From a virus, in IMG/VR virus record IMGVR_UViG_3300045988_143923: 64,000 nucleotides of DNA; one strand, given 5' to 3'. Positions 45,426-54,666 of this stretch are shown here, in pieces (within the stretch, counting starts at the first letter, position 1; every line of letters begins with the position of its first letter). Made by a program: the position numbers and the translations under genes. The notes below the pieces were generated by a model, which worked only from the letters and a program-made list of their open reading frames with translations, was not told the origin of the DNA and searched no databases.

Positions 45426-48371
45426 TCAACTTGTCATTTTCTGCTTTTTCTCAATGTTCGCTCGGAGGATCTTCGCAATTTCCTGCATAGTGTGAGGTCG
45501 ATTTCGTTCTTTGCGACGTTCTTCTTTTTCTGCTTCGTAGAGCTCTTCAAACACACGGCGTTTTGCCTCATACGCCTCGAATGTATAACCGTACAGCTTT
45601 ACACTACCTGTCAGGCATTCGGTCGCGATCTGAATTGGCTCACGGCTCGTCTCGAGCATCTCGTAGAACGAAGAGTTCGCCGTCCCGAACAAAGAATCGA
45701 AGAGCAGCTTACTCACGTCTGAATTTTCTTCTTTCTCCATGTCACGCAAGATAACATACATAGTAGCCGTATTGCATTTGTATTTTCCAACATATTCAAT
45801 CAAATCTCGCTTAATTTCCTTAATCTCGTCCCAGTATGCTTCATAGCGTTCATTGGCATCATGATTATCTCCATCTTTGACAGGAGACGCCAGAGCTCCA
45901 TAGATGGAAGCTATCTGTCGGCGCGCATCTCGAACAGCTTCAATAAACTTCCGTGCCAGCTCATACCGCGCCCCAGCCGTGCCGACCATTACCGGGTCGA
46001 TTACATAACTAAAGGGCTTATTTGCTTTGTACGAGCCTCGCCAGAACCGGCAGCGGTTGATTGTGTGCTGAACGTAGTCCATCGCGGTTTTGTGAAACAG
46101 ATAGGCTTTCTTTTCGCTATCATAGTATCCTTTACGGCGAGCAAGCGTCCCGAAGAAGTTCGGCTTGATTGCGCGACCCTTGTCGTCACGGCGCTCATAC
46201 TTAGCTTTCAGGCGCTTGTACTCGTCGCGGTTGTTTACCACAAACTCTTTTTTTGCTTTATCAATTTCCAGGCCGCTCATGACATCTAGCATAGACGTAT
46301 CATAGTAAATCTCAGCCACATCCTCAAAAGCCGCGCCGCTGTTGAGCTTATCCCAAAGCAGACTGTTAAGCTCCTGAGAAAGGTTGATAATCTCGCCGAT
46401 CATATTTTCGCTAGTTTTGATGTCGAGGTCTGTCTGCTGGGCACTGGTATAAGCACGCTTGGTTTTTTTAGACTCAACCAACGAAGTCGGAACTTTGAAG
46501 AGGGAGTAATTCTTCTCAGCCGCCTTAATCAGCATCGGATCATCAGTCAACATGCACGTGTCCGAGTCAAAATCAGCACCTGACAATCTTTGTAAAATAT
46601 TCTCGCCGATAGAATTCAAGCATACGATTTCTTCTGTTAAGTTCATATACCGGCGCACTTCAGGCACATACAGGTTGTCCGCCAGCAAGATATTCCCCTG
46701 ACACACATGCGGACTGCGTGACCCCAGTAGACGCTGACCGTCATCAAACCGCAGTGACATCACATGACCAACCGGGATAGACGACTCGCCGTCGAACTGC
46801 CCAATAGACGCTTTCAGCATTTCCAGTGGATTGCCGACCAGAGTTGAATAATTACCGTTGACCAAAACATGGCCGCGACGGATGTTGTTCTGATACGAAC
46901 GAATCAGCCCGTCTCGGAACTCGGCATACATCTGCGTCTGTGCGAATCTGTCGTTGATACCCAACAGACGGAAGATAATGTCGTTTCTGGTCAGCAGTGG
47001 AGACTTCATCTCACTGGCCGCCGACTGCTGTTTCAGATGATAGCGCATAACCGCCGGATTGTTCTTCAGCTGTCGCATGTACTCGATGGACGGTTCGAGG
47101 AACTCATCCACCTCTTCCTGCGACATCTGCAGAGTATTCAGTAGCTGATAATGGGTAGACACCATACGTCCGTCAAAGAAGTGTGTCTTCTTCTCATGCT
47201 TTACCACGCCGAACATAGGGTCAGTACGTTTCAGCCACTCGCGCAGCCGGCCAAACTTCAAATACTTAATGCTGGACGGTGTAGTGATCAGCTTGATGTC
47301 CTCTATGGACTTCGCTAACGTGAATCCGTTCAGCTGCTCGATTTTCGTAATCCCGTGGTCAGCAAGGAACTGCTGAATGTTTGCGTTGAAGCAGCAGGAC
47401 TTGAAAAATCGGTTTCGGAGCAGCAGCATGCCGTACTGCTCGTACTTGGGGCCAAACAGAGACTTGTCCATCAAAGACTGACCGTCCCAGATGCTGTTCG
47501 TGATCTCGACGTGCTCGGGGCCAGACACCAGATGACCGTCTTCACGCACTCTGGTCGCGATAACGTCATCCGTAAACGTGCTCTCAAAATCATCGATTAC
47601 CAGAAAGTTCTCCGGCCGCACCTCCAGCGTGTCCACAATAGAGCTTGCCGTCAGCGCGATATAGCTTTCCAGAGCAGCGAGGTCAATCGCCTGTCCCGGC
47701 TGCACCTTGATGCCGCACATCTCCCACTTGTGCATAGCGGGGTAGAGGCGTTCATCGATGTACAAACACTTGCCAACACGAGAAGAACCGGCCGACCGCT
47801 TGTAACGAACATAATGGATACCGTCACAATAGAAGCCCTTTTCGTAAAGCTCCTCGCGGATGTCAGCAACACTAACCTCGGTGGCAATGTTAATCTTTGC
47901 TTTGTACTGGCCGTCTTCCAGATAGAAATACTTGCCGAGTACGGAATGGGGTAGGGGGTTCTGGACATTCGTGTCGCACTGGATGGCAATCAGCTCGCCG
48001 TCGACAACATACACGCAGTCATCCATGTTCTCGGCAATCTCATCGTATCGCCAGCCGTTTTTGATGTACAGCGTCTTGCGGATACGGTTGAATGCCTTGA
48101 CTGCGTAATGCGCCGTCACGTTGATAACACGGTGGGTGTATTCCTTGCCGCCCAACTCAAAAGAGAAATTCCTGCGGCGGTATACCCGCTCGTAGACGTC
48201 TCTCAACTTGAGCAGGTCGAGCGAGTAATCCAGCGTGTTTCTGAATCGCTTCAGATTGAACCCGCCGTCCGAAGACCGGATGTTGTATCCGATCTCGGTT
48301 GGACGGTCATAGTGGTTTGCGAGGTAGACATCCTTGCCGTCCACACTTGGAATGTATACGGCATTCGTCAT
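45426..48371 (-). CDS. YonO/RdRP-like single-subunit double-psi beta-barrel RNA polymerase
   Basis: 981 aa. GSRSPHVCQGNILL ... LSGADFDSDTCMLTDDPML (DFDSD at aa 600-604, nt 46560-46574) matches the R.P....GD ... sG.D.DGD signature of the YonO and cellular RdRP family. Confidence 0.65.
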   Translation of the reverse strand: MTNAVYIPSVDGKDVYLANHYDRPTEIGYNIRSSDGGFNLKRFRNTLDYSLDLLKLRDVYERVYRRRNFSFELGGKEYTHRVINVTAHYAVKAFNRIRKTLYIKNGWRYDEIAENMDDCVYVVDGELIAIQCDTNVQNPLPHSVLGKYFYLEDGQYKAKINIATEVSVADIREELYEKGFYCDGIHYVRYKRSAGSSRVGKCLYIDERLYPAMHKWEMCGIKVQPGQAIDLAALESYIALTASSIVDTLEVRPENFLVIDDFESTFTDDVIATRVREDGHLVSGPEHVEITNSIWDGQSLMDKSLFGPKYEQYGMLLLRNRFFKSCCFNANIQQFLADHGITKIEQLNGFTLAKSIEDIKLITTPSSIKYLKFGRLREWLKRTDPMFGVVKHEKKTHFFDGRMVSTHYQLLNTLQMSQEEVDEFLEPSIEYMRQLKNNPAVMRYHLKQQSAASEMKSPLLTRNDIIFRLLGINDRFAQTQMYAEFRDGLIRSYQNNIRRGHVLVNGNYSTLVGNPLEMLKASIGQFDGESSIPVGHVMSLRFDDGQRLLGSRSPHVCQGNILLADNLYVPEVRRYMNLTEEIVCLNSIGENILQRLSGADFDSDTCMLTDDPMLIKAAEKNYSLFKVPTSLVESKKTKRAYTSAQQTDLDIKTSENMIGEIINLSQELNSLLWDKLNSGAAFEDVAEIYYDTSMLDVMSGLEIDKAKKEFVVNNRDEYKRLKAKYERRDDKGRAIKPNFFGTLARRKGYYDSEKKAYLFHKTAMDYVQHTINRCRFWRGSYKANKPFSYVIDPVMVGTAGARYELARKFIEAVRDARRQIASIYGALASPVKDGDNHDANERYEAYWDEIKEIKRDLIEYVGKYKCNTATMYVILRDMEKEENSDVSKLLFDSLFGTANSSFYEMLETSREPIQIATECLTGSVKLYGYTFEAYEAKRRVFEELYEAEKEERRKERNRPHTMQEIAKILRANIEKKQKMTS

Positions 48372-48490
48372 TCAGTCACCTCGCCACTATATTCGGCGCG
48401 GAGACGATCACGCATAGACAAGTGCGCGTCAGGATCGCCCGCTTGGTAGTAACTCATTTCGAGCCAATATTCACTTGGCTCAAGATCTAC

Positions 48491-48592
48491 CTATACAACT
48501 GCGTACCCGCAGACATCATCTGCTGTCATGTTGCAGGAGTTGTAGCGCGAGCAATACTCGCAGTCATCGTGGATGCAGTGGTTTTTCTTCAT
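48491..48592 (-). CDS. small Cys-rich peptide
   Basis: 33-aa ORF translated by hand as MKKNHCIHDDCEYCSRYNSCNMTADDVCGYAVV. It lies upstream of the RNA polymerase gene and is below the track cutoff. Confidence 0.3.
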   Translation of the reverse strand: MKKNHCIHDDCEYCSRYNSCNMTADDVCGYAVV

Positions 48593-48654
48593 TTAGTTTT
48601 CTCCTTTTATTGGTTTTCTGGCGGCAAAAGCGGCCGCCTCGCTCTCCTTGCTTT

Positions 48655-49410
48655 TTAAGCCTCAGCCGCGAACTTCTCGAACAGCTTCTGCTGACCCTTG
48701 CCGGTAATGGAAGGAACGGTGAAGGCGTGACCGGCCTTGATGACCTCGTAGGTCTTGAACCAGCCGTTGTTGATGTAACGCTGATACGGCATATTGTTAG
48801 CCTGCAGGAAGCCATTTTTGCGGAGCCACTGGAACATGCGGTTGCGGCCAGTCTGGATGCCGAGTTTCTCAGTTACGAGCTTTGCAAAACGCTCGATGGT
48901 GAGAGTTGCGGAAGTGCTGCCGACCGCGTTATAGAAATCAACTTTGTGCTCATCGGCGGCGATCTTAGCTTCGGCTTCCATTCGGCGCTGCTTCTCTTCC
49001 TTCAGCGTGGTAGCCAGTTGGATGAGAAAATCAGGATCGGCCAGAGACTTCTCGATGATGTCCGTGTCCATGTAAGCGCCGTGCTTGCGGATAGTGGGCA
49101 GAACCTCGGAAGTCACCCAACGCTTGAAAACCTTTGCAGTCGGCAGCTTGCTTGCAACGATGAGGCTGTAAAGACCTGATTCGTTGATAACAACTTTATT
49201 TGGGTTGCCCTGAATACCGTCGCGAATCGCGACGCTATTTTTATCTTCATCGTCTACATGTTTCGCTAAAGCATCACGCTGATTCTTGTACCCGAGAATA
49301 TCGGCTACATCCTTGCCTACAAACCACGGCTCGCCGTCACGGACAACGGTGCGTACCTGCTGGTCGTTAAAGATGAATTCCTGGGTTACATAGTTGGTAT
49401 TTGCGTTCAT
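48655..49410 (-). CDS. Bro-N / KilAC-type antirepressor
   Basis: Start refined to MNANTNY. Bro-N motif FVGKDVADILGY...ESGLYSLIVASKLPTAKVFKRWVTSEVLPTIRKHG. The C-terminal half is KilAC-like. Confidence 0.75.
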   Translation of the reverse strand: MNANTNYVTQEFIFNDQQVRTVVRDGEPWFVGKDVADILGYKNQRDALAKHVDDEDKNSVAIRDGIQGNPNKVVINESGLYSLIVASKLPTAKVFKRWVTSEVLPTIRKHGAYMDTDIIEKSLADPDFLIQLATTLKEEKQRRMEAEAKIAADEHKVDFYNAVGSTSATLTIERFAKLVTEKLGIQTGRNRMFQWLRKNGFLQANNMPYQRYINNGWFKTYEVIKAGHAFTVPSITGKGQQKLFEKFAAEA

Positions 49411-49432
49411 AATATTTGCACTTCCTTGAGAA

Positions 49433-50503
49433 TTAGTTTTCTGTTTTCTTGCGTCGTTTTTTATACTTGCCACGCTTCCGCACCAGAAACAGAGGTTCAA
49501 GCTCGGCGGCTATCGCTTTGTTACCGGTGTAAAATACGCGGGGGTTTAACATAATGCTTCCGACCGGCAAACCGTGGAACGGTTCTTTCAGCCGGGTCAT
49601 AATCGTCTCCGTTCCTTTGCTGGTTCGGATGACTTGGTTGTAATAGAGGCTGGTCAACTCTCCGTAACCGCTTCGCTCATAGCCACCAGCGGCACAAAGC
49701 CGAGCGGCTGTAAGAGGAGCCACCAGAAACGGATCATCCTGAAAGGGGTTCAGACAAAATACGTTGAAGTCCTTATGCAGATAAGGAAGCATCGGAAGCA
49801 GGTATTTCAGCCCCAGACTCATGGACTCAGTCCTATACATCTGTGCGATAGAGGAGAAATACATCCTCACATACCTGAAACCGCTCTGCTCCGCTTTCGT
49901 AGACTCGCGTCGTGTAATCTCACCCCTGCGAAACAGGTCTTGGTTAAACAACCACTCGCCGCGGTCATTCTGCCAGATGAAGTCTCTCGCTCGGAACGTC
50001 CGCAGCATTCCCTGAACAACTGGCGCGGTCAGCTGGAACACCTTTGACAAATAGTTCACGATGTCCGGCGGATACACGTCAGCCGCGATCATCAGGTGCT
50101 TGTCAGTAGTAGTCAGGAGCATCATCAGCTTCTGCGCCTCGGTTGGCGTGACGTCATAATAGCTCCCGCCTTCGAGCGGGACGCGCAGCCAGACGAAAGA
50201 GCCATAGGCCGGAGTGGCTGTTGAAACATCTCGCTTATAAGGCTTCGCGGCTGGATTGGCTCCGATATCTCTAATGCGTGCTTCAAAGAAGTCCGGGTCG
50301 AGATAACGGATATCCTTTGGCTCAAGTTTCACCTTGGGGTTGTAGTACCGCAGTACCGAGGTCGGAATATAAGCCCGCTGTCCATTGCCCTCCAGTGTGA
50401 AGGGAACAACGGCGGCGAACTCATGTAAATCAGCCCCGGAGTTGGCTATGTCACGCAGGGTCAGCTCGGCCAACTGCGTTTTTTCTGGCTGGGATTTACC
50501 CAT
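49433..50503 (-). CDS. putative replication initiator / origin-binding protein
   Basis: 356-aa ORF whose start lies 10 nt from five iterons. Basic C-terminus. No family recognised. Confidence 0.5.
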   Translation of the reverse strand: MGKSQPEKTQLAELTLRDIANSGADLHEFAAVVPFTLEGNGQRAYIPTSVLRYYNPKVKLEPKDIRYLDPDFFEARIRDIGANPAAKPYKRDVSTATPAYGSFVWLRVPLEGGSYYDVTPTEAQKLMMLLTTTDKHLMIAADVYPPDIVNYLSKVFQLTAPVVQGMLRTFRARDFIWQNDRGEWLFNQDLFRRGEITRRESTKAEQSGFRYVRMYFSSIAQMYRTESMSLGLKYLLPMLPYLHKDFNVFCLNPFQDDPFLVAPLTAARLCAAGGYERSGYGELTSLYYNQVIRTSKGTETIMTRLKEPFHGLPVGSIMLNPRVFYTGNKAIAAELEPLFLVRKRGKYKKRRKKTEN

Positions 50504-50512
50504 GTTGCTTCC

Positions 50513-50617
50513 CGTCCTTCCAAATCGAACTCGCGTCCTTCCAAATCAAACCCGCCGTCCTTCCAAATCAAACTTATCGTCCTTCCAAATCAAACTCGTC
50601 GTCCTTCCAAATCAAAC
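50513..50617. repeat. five 21-22-bp iterons
   Basis: CGTCCTTCCAAATC(A/G)AAC begins at 50513, 50534, 50556, 50578 and 50600. Confidence 0.85.
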
Positions 50618-50620
50618 CCT

Positions 50621-50675
50621 AATCATAAATACACTAATCATAAATACATAATCAAAATACTTAATCATAAATACA
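50621..50675. repeat. AT-rich direct repeats adjacent to the iterons
   Basis: AATCATAAATAC occurs three times (50621, 50636, 50664), with one variant AATCAAAATAC at 50651. Confidence 0.8.
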
Positions 50676-50778
50676 TAGGCTGAGCTGGGCAGATTTTGAA
50701 AATGCCAGCCAGAGAAATGGAGAAATGGAATCACGCGGAATGAGGCTCACTCAGAATGAGGCTCACTCAAGAGGAGCG

Positions 50779-51159
50779 TCACGCTTCGTCTGAACGATTG
50801 GTCGGTATATAAATGCGCGGGGTAGAGAACTGACATTGGCTGTGTCGGCGAATCAGATGTGCTTCTTCAAGCTCCTTAAATATCTGCAGCGCTTTCTTCT
50901 CTCCACAAGAGATGTCGTTCATAACATCTTTGAGAGAGTAATAGATGAATGGCTCGCCATCTTCGTCAATCCATTCTGGCCGGCTTTTTGATAGCTGCAT
51001 TCGGTAGAGCATGAGAGAATACAGGATCTTCCCAGCCGGAGAGACAGACTTGAGGTCAGGAGTTACGGGGATAGGGATGAAATCGAATCCGCTGCGGCCA
51101 TCGTAGCTACGGAACTTTGGGTTCTTCTATGTCGTGTGGATAGCTGGTCGTTTTGCCAT
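50779..51159 (-). pseudogene. RepA_N-like replication initiator wHTH gene interrupted by an in-frame TAG
   Basis: RBS GGAGGAGG with ATG at 51157-51159, then TAG at codon 11 (51127-51129). The same frame continues as FRSYDGRSGFDFIPIPV...AGKILYSLMLYRMQLS...WIDEDGEPFIYYSL...ALQIFKELEEAHLI. Confidence 0.55.
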
Positions 51160-52497
51160 CTGAATACCTCCTCCGCGGGGTAATTGGATTTTTTTTGCTT
51201 CTATTAACTACTATACAAAAAAGGCGTTTTTGGGACGCGAAGTTGAAGAAAAAGATGCATAAAGATTGAGAATTCTTTTGTGCATGTTGCTGAATGGGAA
51301 AATAGCAATCTGAAGTATGCTCTTCTGGCTGGCTTAGACCTATGTAGCAATACTTAGGTAGCAATACTGAAATAGATAAAGCCGACCATTAGACCTTGGC
51401 CGGCTGTTTTAATGAGCGGATACGCCTCTGTGATAGAGCAGGTATGGAGAGGTACGTCAATCATTGAAGAACCATTTTCGTTCTGGCGGCAGAATTGAGC
51501 TGTAATCGATTTTGACATGCGGATGGGAAATTATACCACGAGAATACAAAAAGCCAGTACAGGGCATTCTGAGGCGAATACAGGGCATTGTAGGCAATAT
51601 GTGGAAATGTATGGAAACTATAGGGGTGGGTTTTAGAGATCGCGGCGGCTAATTTATATAGCAGAGAACAATCATAGTAGAGCAGGAGTGTGTAGTGCTA
51701 CATAGTGCTATAGGCAGTATTCCCTTCTGGCGGGAGATAAGGAGATGATAAGTTAGATACAGGATTGCATGGCAGCTGTAGACCTGCGTGACAGATGCAT
51801 GATGGAGCTGCAGTAGAGCTTCCGTAGAGCTTGTGGCTGGCTATACTCGAGCTGACGGTTACAGCAGATTATAGGAATGCACCTTTTTCGAGTGTTCGGG
51901 AAAGGGGGAGTGGCGAAAACTCGGGAACAGCGCACGAAATTGAGGAAACGGGGATTAAAGAGGGGAAAAGGGATGGGGAGGAGAGCGAAAGTTCGGGGAA
52001 AGAGGGGGAAAATATGGGGTAGAGTGAGATGAGGTAACTACCTTTCCTGAAACTGGTAAAATATCTGGAAAAGTGTAAAATATACCCCATATGATAAAAA
52101 AGAAGCATTTACACCGCTGAAAAGTGCCGGAATGCTGTTTTATAGTATACTTGAAAAGTCGATTTTTGAAGCAGGCCGATTTTTTGAGGTGTCAAGACAC
52201 ATATCTTTACGCCTAAAGTTGGATATATGAACAGTCGCTCATATGTTATTTTCTTAACATAGTGTTGGCGTGTTGTCTTCTGGTGATCGGCAGGACAGAG
52301 GGCGGAATTCTCAAAAAATAGGCGTGCAGCACGACGGAAAAATCTTTTTTGCGCGCTTTTCTGATTTTTTCTAAAAACTTTTCCGTGCTCTAAATCCCTG
52401 TTTTCGTCTTTTTCGCCTGTTTTGCGAACCTCTACGCGCGCGTGCGTTTTCATTATCTTTGAAAAAATTGCCCCCAAAAATTTTTTTGAAAAAAGTG

Positions 52498-52526
52498 TTG
52501 ACACTGTGCGCACAGAGTGCTATACT
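52498..52526 (+). promoter_or_regulatory. near-consensus SigA promoter with two CTGTG..CACAG operators
   Basis: TTGACA (52498-52503), 17 nt, TATACT (52521-52526). Palindromes CTGTGCGCACAG (52504-52515) and CTGTGAGCACAG (52525-52536). Upstream A/T tracts run from 52330 to 52495. Confidence 0.75.
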
Positions 52527-53134
52527 GTGAGCACAGTCAAGGAACGGCACCCCGCCGGACGGCTTGACAGGGACAGTGCCCACTGTATAGGGCACGGGGC
52601 GCGCCCCCTATAGCGTGAAGTCCGGACGGCGTCCGGCGTGAAGTTTGACAAGTGAACAGCGACTTCTCGGCTTGTACCGCTTTCCCTCGATAGAGGGCGG
52701 GCGGGTTTCGAGTGCACCGCTTTTCCCTCGATAGAGGGCGGGCGGGCGTTATGCTTGACAGGTCGAAAAGAACAGTTGTGAGAATACCGCTTTCCGGTCG
52801 TGCATAACGGAATTGCACGACTTTCCGCGGGCGCGTTGCGCTTGCGGGTGGGAAAGTGCTTGCGTTCTGCATATGCGGTTCAATCGTGACAGGTGCACCG
52901 CGCAGAGTAGGCAAGGACGGGCTTAGCCCCCGCAAGCAAGCTACGTTTAGCGTGTCCGTGAAAACACGTACCAAAACCGCGCAAGCGGCGGCGGGGTTTG
53001 CGGTTATCCAAAACCGCGCAGGCAGTACATAACAGGTTTCCCCCCGGGGGGTCCCCTTCAATTGACCCCCCGGTGCCAATGCCGCAAGGCAAGTACATAT
53101 TCACGCAAGGACTTTACATACTGGAGGTTTTATT

Positions 53135-53866
53135 ATGACTATGGAAAACATTAAGAACGCTGTCAAGGCGTACAACGACAACCGCGACACCGCAACCGCA
53201 ACCGTAAGCGCAAAGGCGTTTGCAAGCATTGATGAATCGTGCAAGGATATCAGCAAGCAGAACCGCAAGTCTGCCCTGTCTGCTCTGGTTGCTTCCGGCA
53301 ACCGTTCCGACGTTCTCACCGCGTTCGTAATGGGGTACACTTACAACCGTGTATCCGTCAAGATTGACAAGGACAGCGGCAAGGCGGTTGTCGCTGAAAC
53401 GCCCACCGAACTGCAATGGAAACACGCGAACAAGGCATACGCCGACGCTCACGACGGTGCAAGCCTTGCGGACTCTGTCGGTTTTAACGCCCTTGCCGAC
53501 GGCTTTTTTGACCACCTGTTCAAGGGTCACGTCCGTCTTCAGGGCCGTGGCGGCAAAGCCGCTGTTCTCGTAAGCAAGACGAAAGACGGCGTTATCCGTG
53601 ACACCCTCACGCCGGACTTTGAAGCAAACGACGCAATCAGCGCAACCAAGGCAATGAAAATGCTGGCTGACCTGTACACGGCACTGTTGCCGGAAGATAT
53701 CCGCGTAAAGCCGTGCAAGTGCGATCTGATCCGACTGCACGACGCGGTTATCACTCCGCGCGGTGGCAAACAGCTTAAGTCGTCCTCTGACACTCTGTAC
53801 AAGCAGTTCTTTATGGGCGTTCGCGTCCGTATCACTGGCAACGCATACGAGGTTTACGAGAAGTAA
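53135..53866 (+). CDS. hypothetical protein in a GC-rich island
   Basis: 243-aa ORF with the RBS CTGGAGG. Preferred over the overlapping antisense ORF. Confidence 0.6.
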   Translation: MTMENIKNAVKAYNDNRDTATATVSAKAFASIDESCKDISKQNRKSALSALVASGNRSDVLTAFVMGYTYNRVSVKIDKDSGKAVVAETPTELQWKHANKAYADAHDGASLADSVGFNALADGFFDHLFKGHVRLQGRGGKAAVLVSKTKDGVIRDTLTPDFEANDAISATKAMKMLADLYTALLPEDIRVKPCKCDLIRLHDAVITPRGGKQLKSSSDTLYKQFFMGVRVRITGNAYEVYEK

Positions 53867-53974
53867 CCGACAGGGCGGTGCAAACCGCCCATGCCCGCAA
53901 CAGTCCAACCTCCACGCGGTGCGGGTGGATAACCAACCAATGGACTAAAAAACAACGCAAAGGAAGTGCAAGAC

Positions 53975-54508
53975 ATGATGGAAAACTGGGAATGCGGAAC
54001 CCGCAACGCAAGCGGGGCAAAAGTCCGCACTTACGCAAGTGACCTGCCTCGACTTCGTATGAGCACACCGCAATCTGGCTTTGTGCCTTTTCAGTACGAA
54101 AAGGCGTACGGCGTGAAGAATGCGGTGGGAATCCGCATGGTGGCAAAGTGCACGCCTGCGAAGATTCCGGCATGGTCGCGCAAGAACGATTTTGCCGCAG
54201 TCCACGCGGCAACCGGTCGCAAACTACCGGAGAACGTAGCCGCGGCATTGTTCGTAGCAATCGCAATGCCTACGAGCAAACGTGCCGTCCGCAACCGCCG
54301 CCACGCAATAAACGTGTTACGTGATTTCTGCGCAGGCGAAAACCACCGCGCAATGCGATCCGCAACGATTGCGTTCAATCAGGGTTACGCAACCGTAAAG
54401 GTTGCAGGTGAAAACGCGGCAACCCCTGCAACCGTTATGATTCTGGTTGACGGTCTGCGCCGCGCTGGCTATGCAATCGTAAGACCGGCGCGACCGGTAT
54501 CTTTCTAA
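53975..54508 (+). CDS. hypothetical basic protein in a GC-rich island
   Basis: Start refined to the ATG after the RBS AAAGGAAG. About 177 aa. Confidence 0.5.
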   Translation: MMENWECGTRNASGAKVRTYASDLPRLRMSTPQSGFVPFQYEKAYGVKNAVGIRMVAKCTPAKIPAWSRKNDFAAVHAATGRKLPENVAAALFVAIAMPTSKRAVRNRRHAINVLRDFCAGENHRAMRSATIAFNQGYATVKVAGENAATPATVMILVDGLRRAGYAIVRPARPVSF

Positions 54509-54666
54509 CCCGAAAGTATACCATCTTGCTCTGCGATAAGAGCAAAATAATCGCAATGCACAGGAAAAGTGCATCCTTTTTACGTCAGTCACCGCCGCGT
54601 AAAAAATTGACCTTTTCCTAAGTTCATGATAAAATGAACCTATACTTCTGTATAGGCGGTGAAATA

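Noticed and set aside
50513-50675. Regularly spaced direct repeats that might be taken for a CRISPR array
   Set aside because: The repeats are 18 nt long with 3-4-nt spacers, so there are no unique spacers of protospacer length. They abut a replication gene and no cas genes are present. They were interpreted as iterons.
52109-53104. Minus-strand ORFs of 134, 180 and 74 aa (52109..52513, 52537..53079, 52880..53104) and other short ORFs in the 51.1-53.1 kb region
   Set aside because: They fall in repeat-rich, compositionally extreme non-coding DNA (A/T tracts, GC-rich hairpin leader, polypurine tract). Their translations are Arg/Pro/Cys-rich, they lack RBSs, and one runs through the promoter and operator region.
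53114-53908. 264-aa minus-strand ORF mirroring the plus-strand ORF 53135..53866
   Set aside because: The plus-strand ORF has a proper RBS (CTGGAGG) and fits the direction of the promoter at 52498 and the downstream genes. The minus ORF has no RBS and a Cys/Arg/Val-rich composition.
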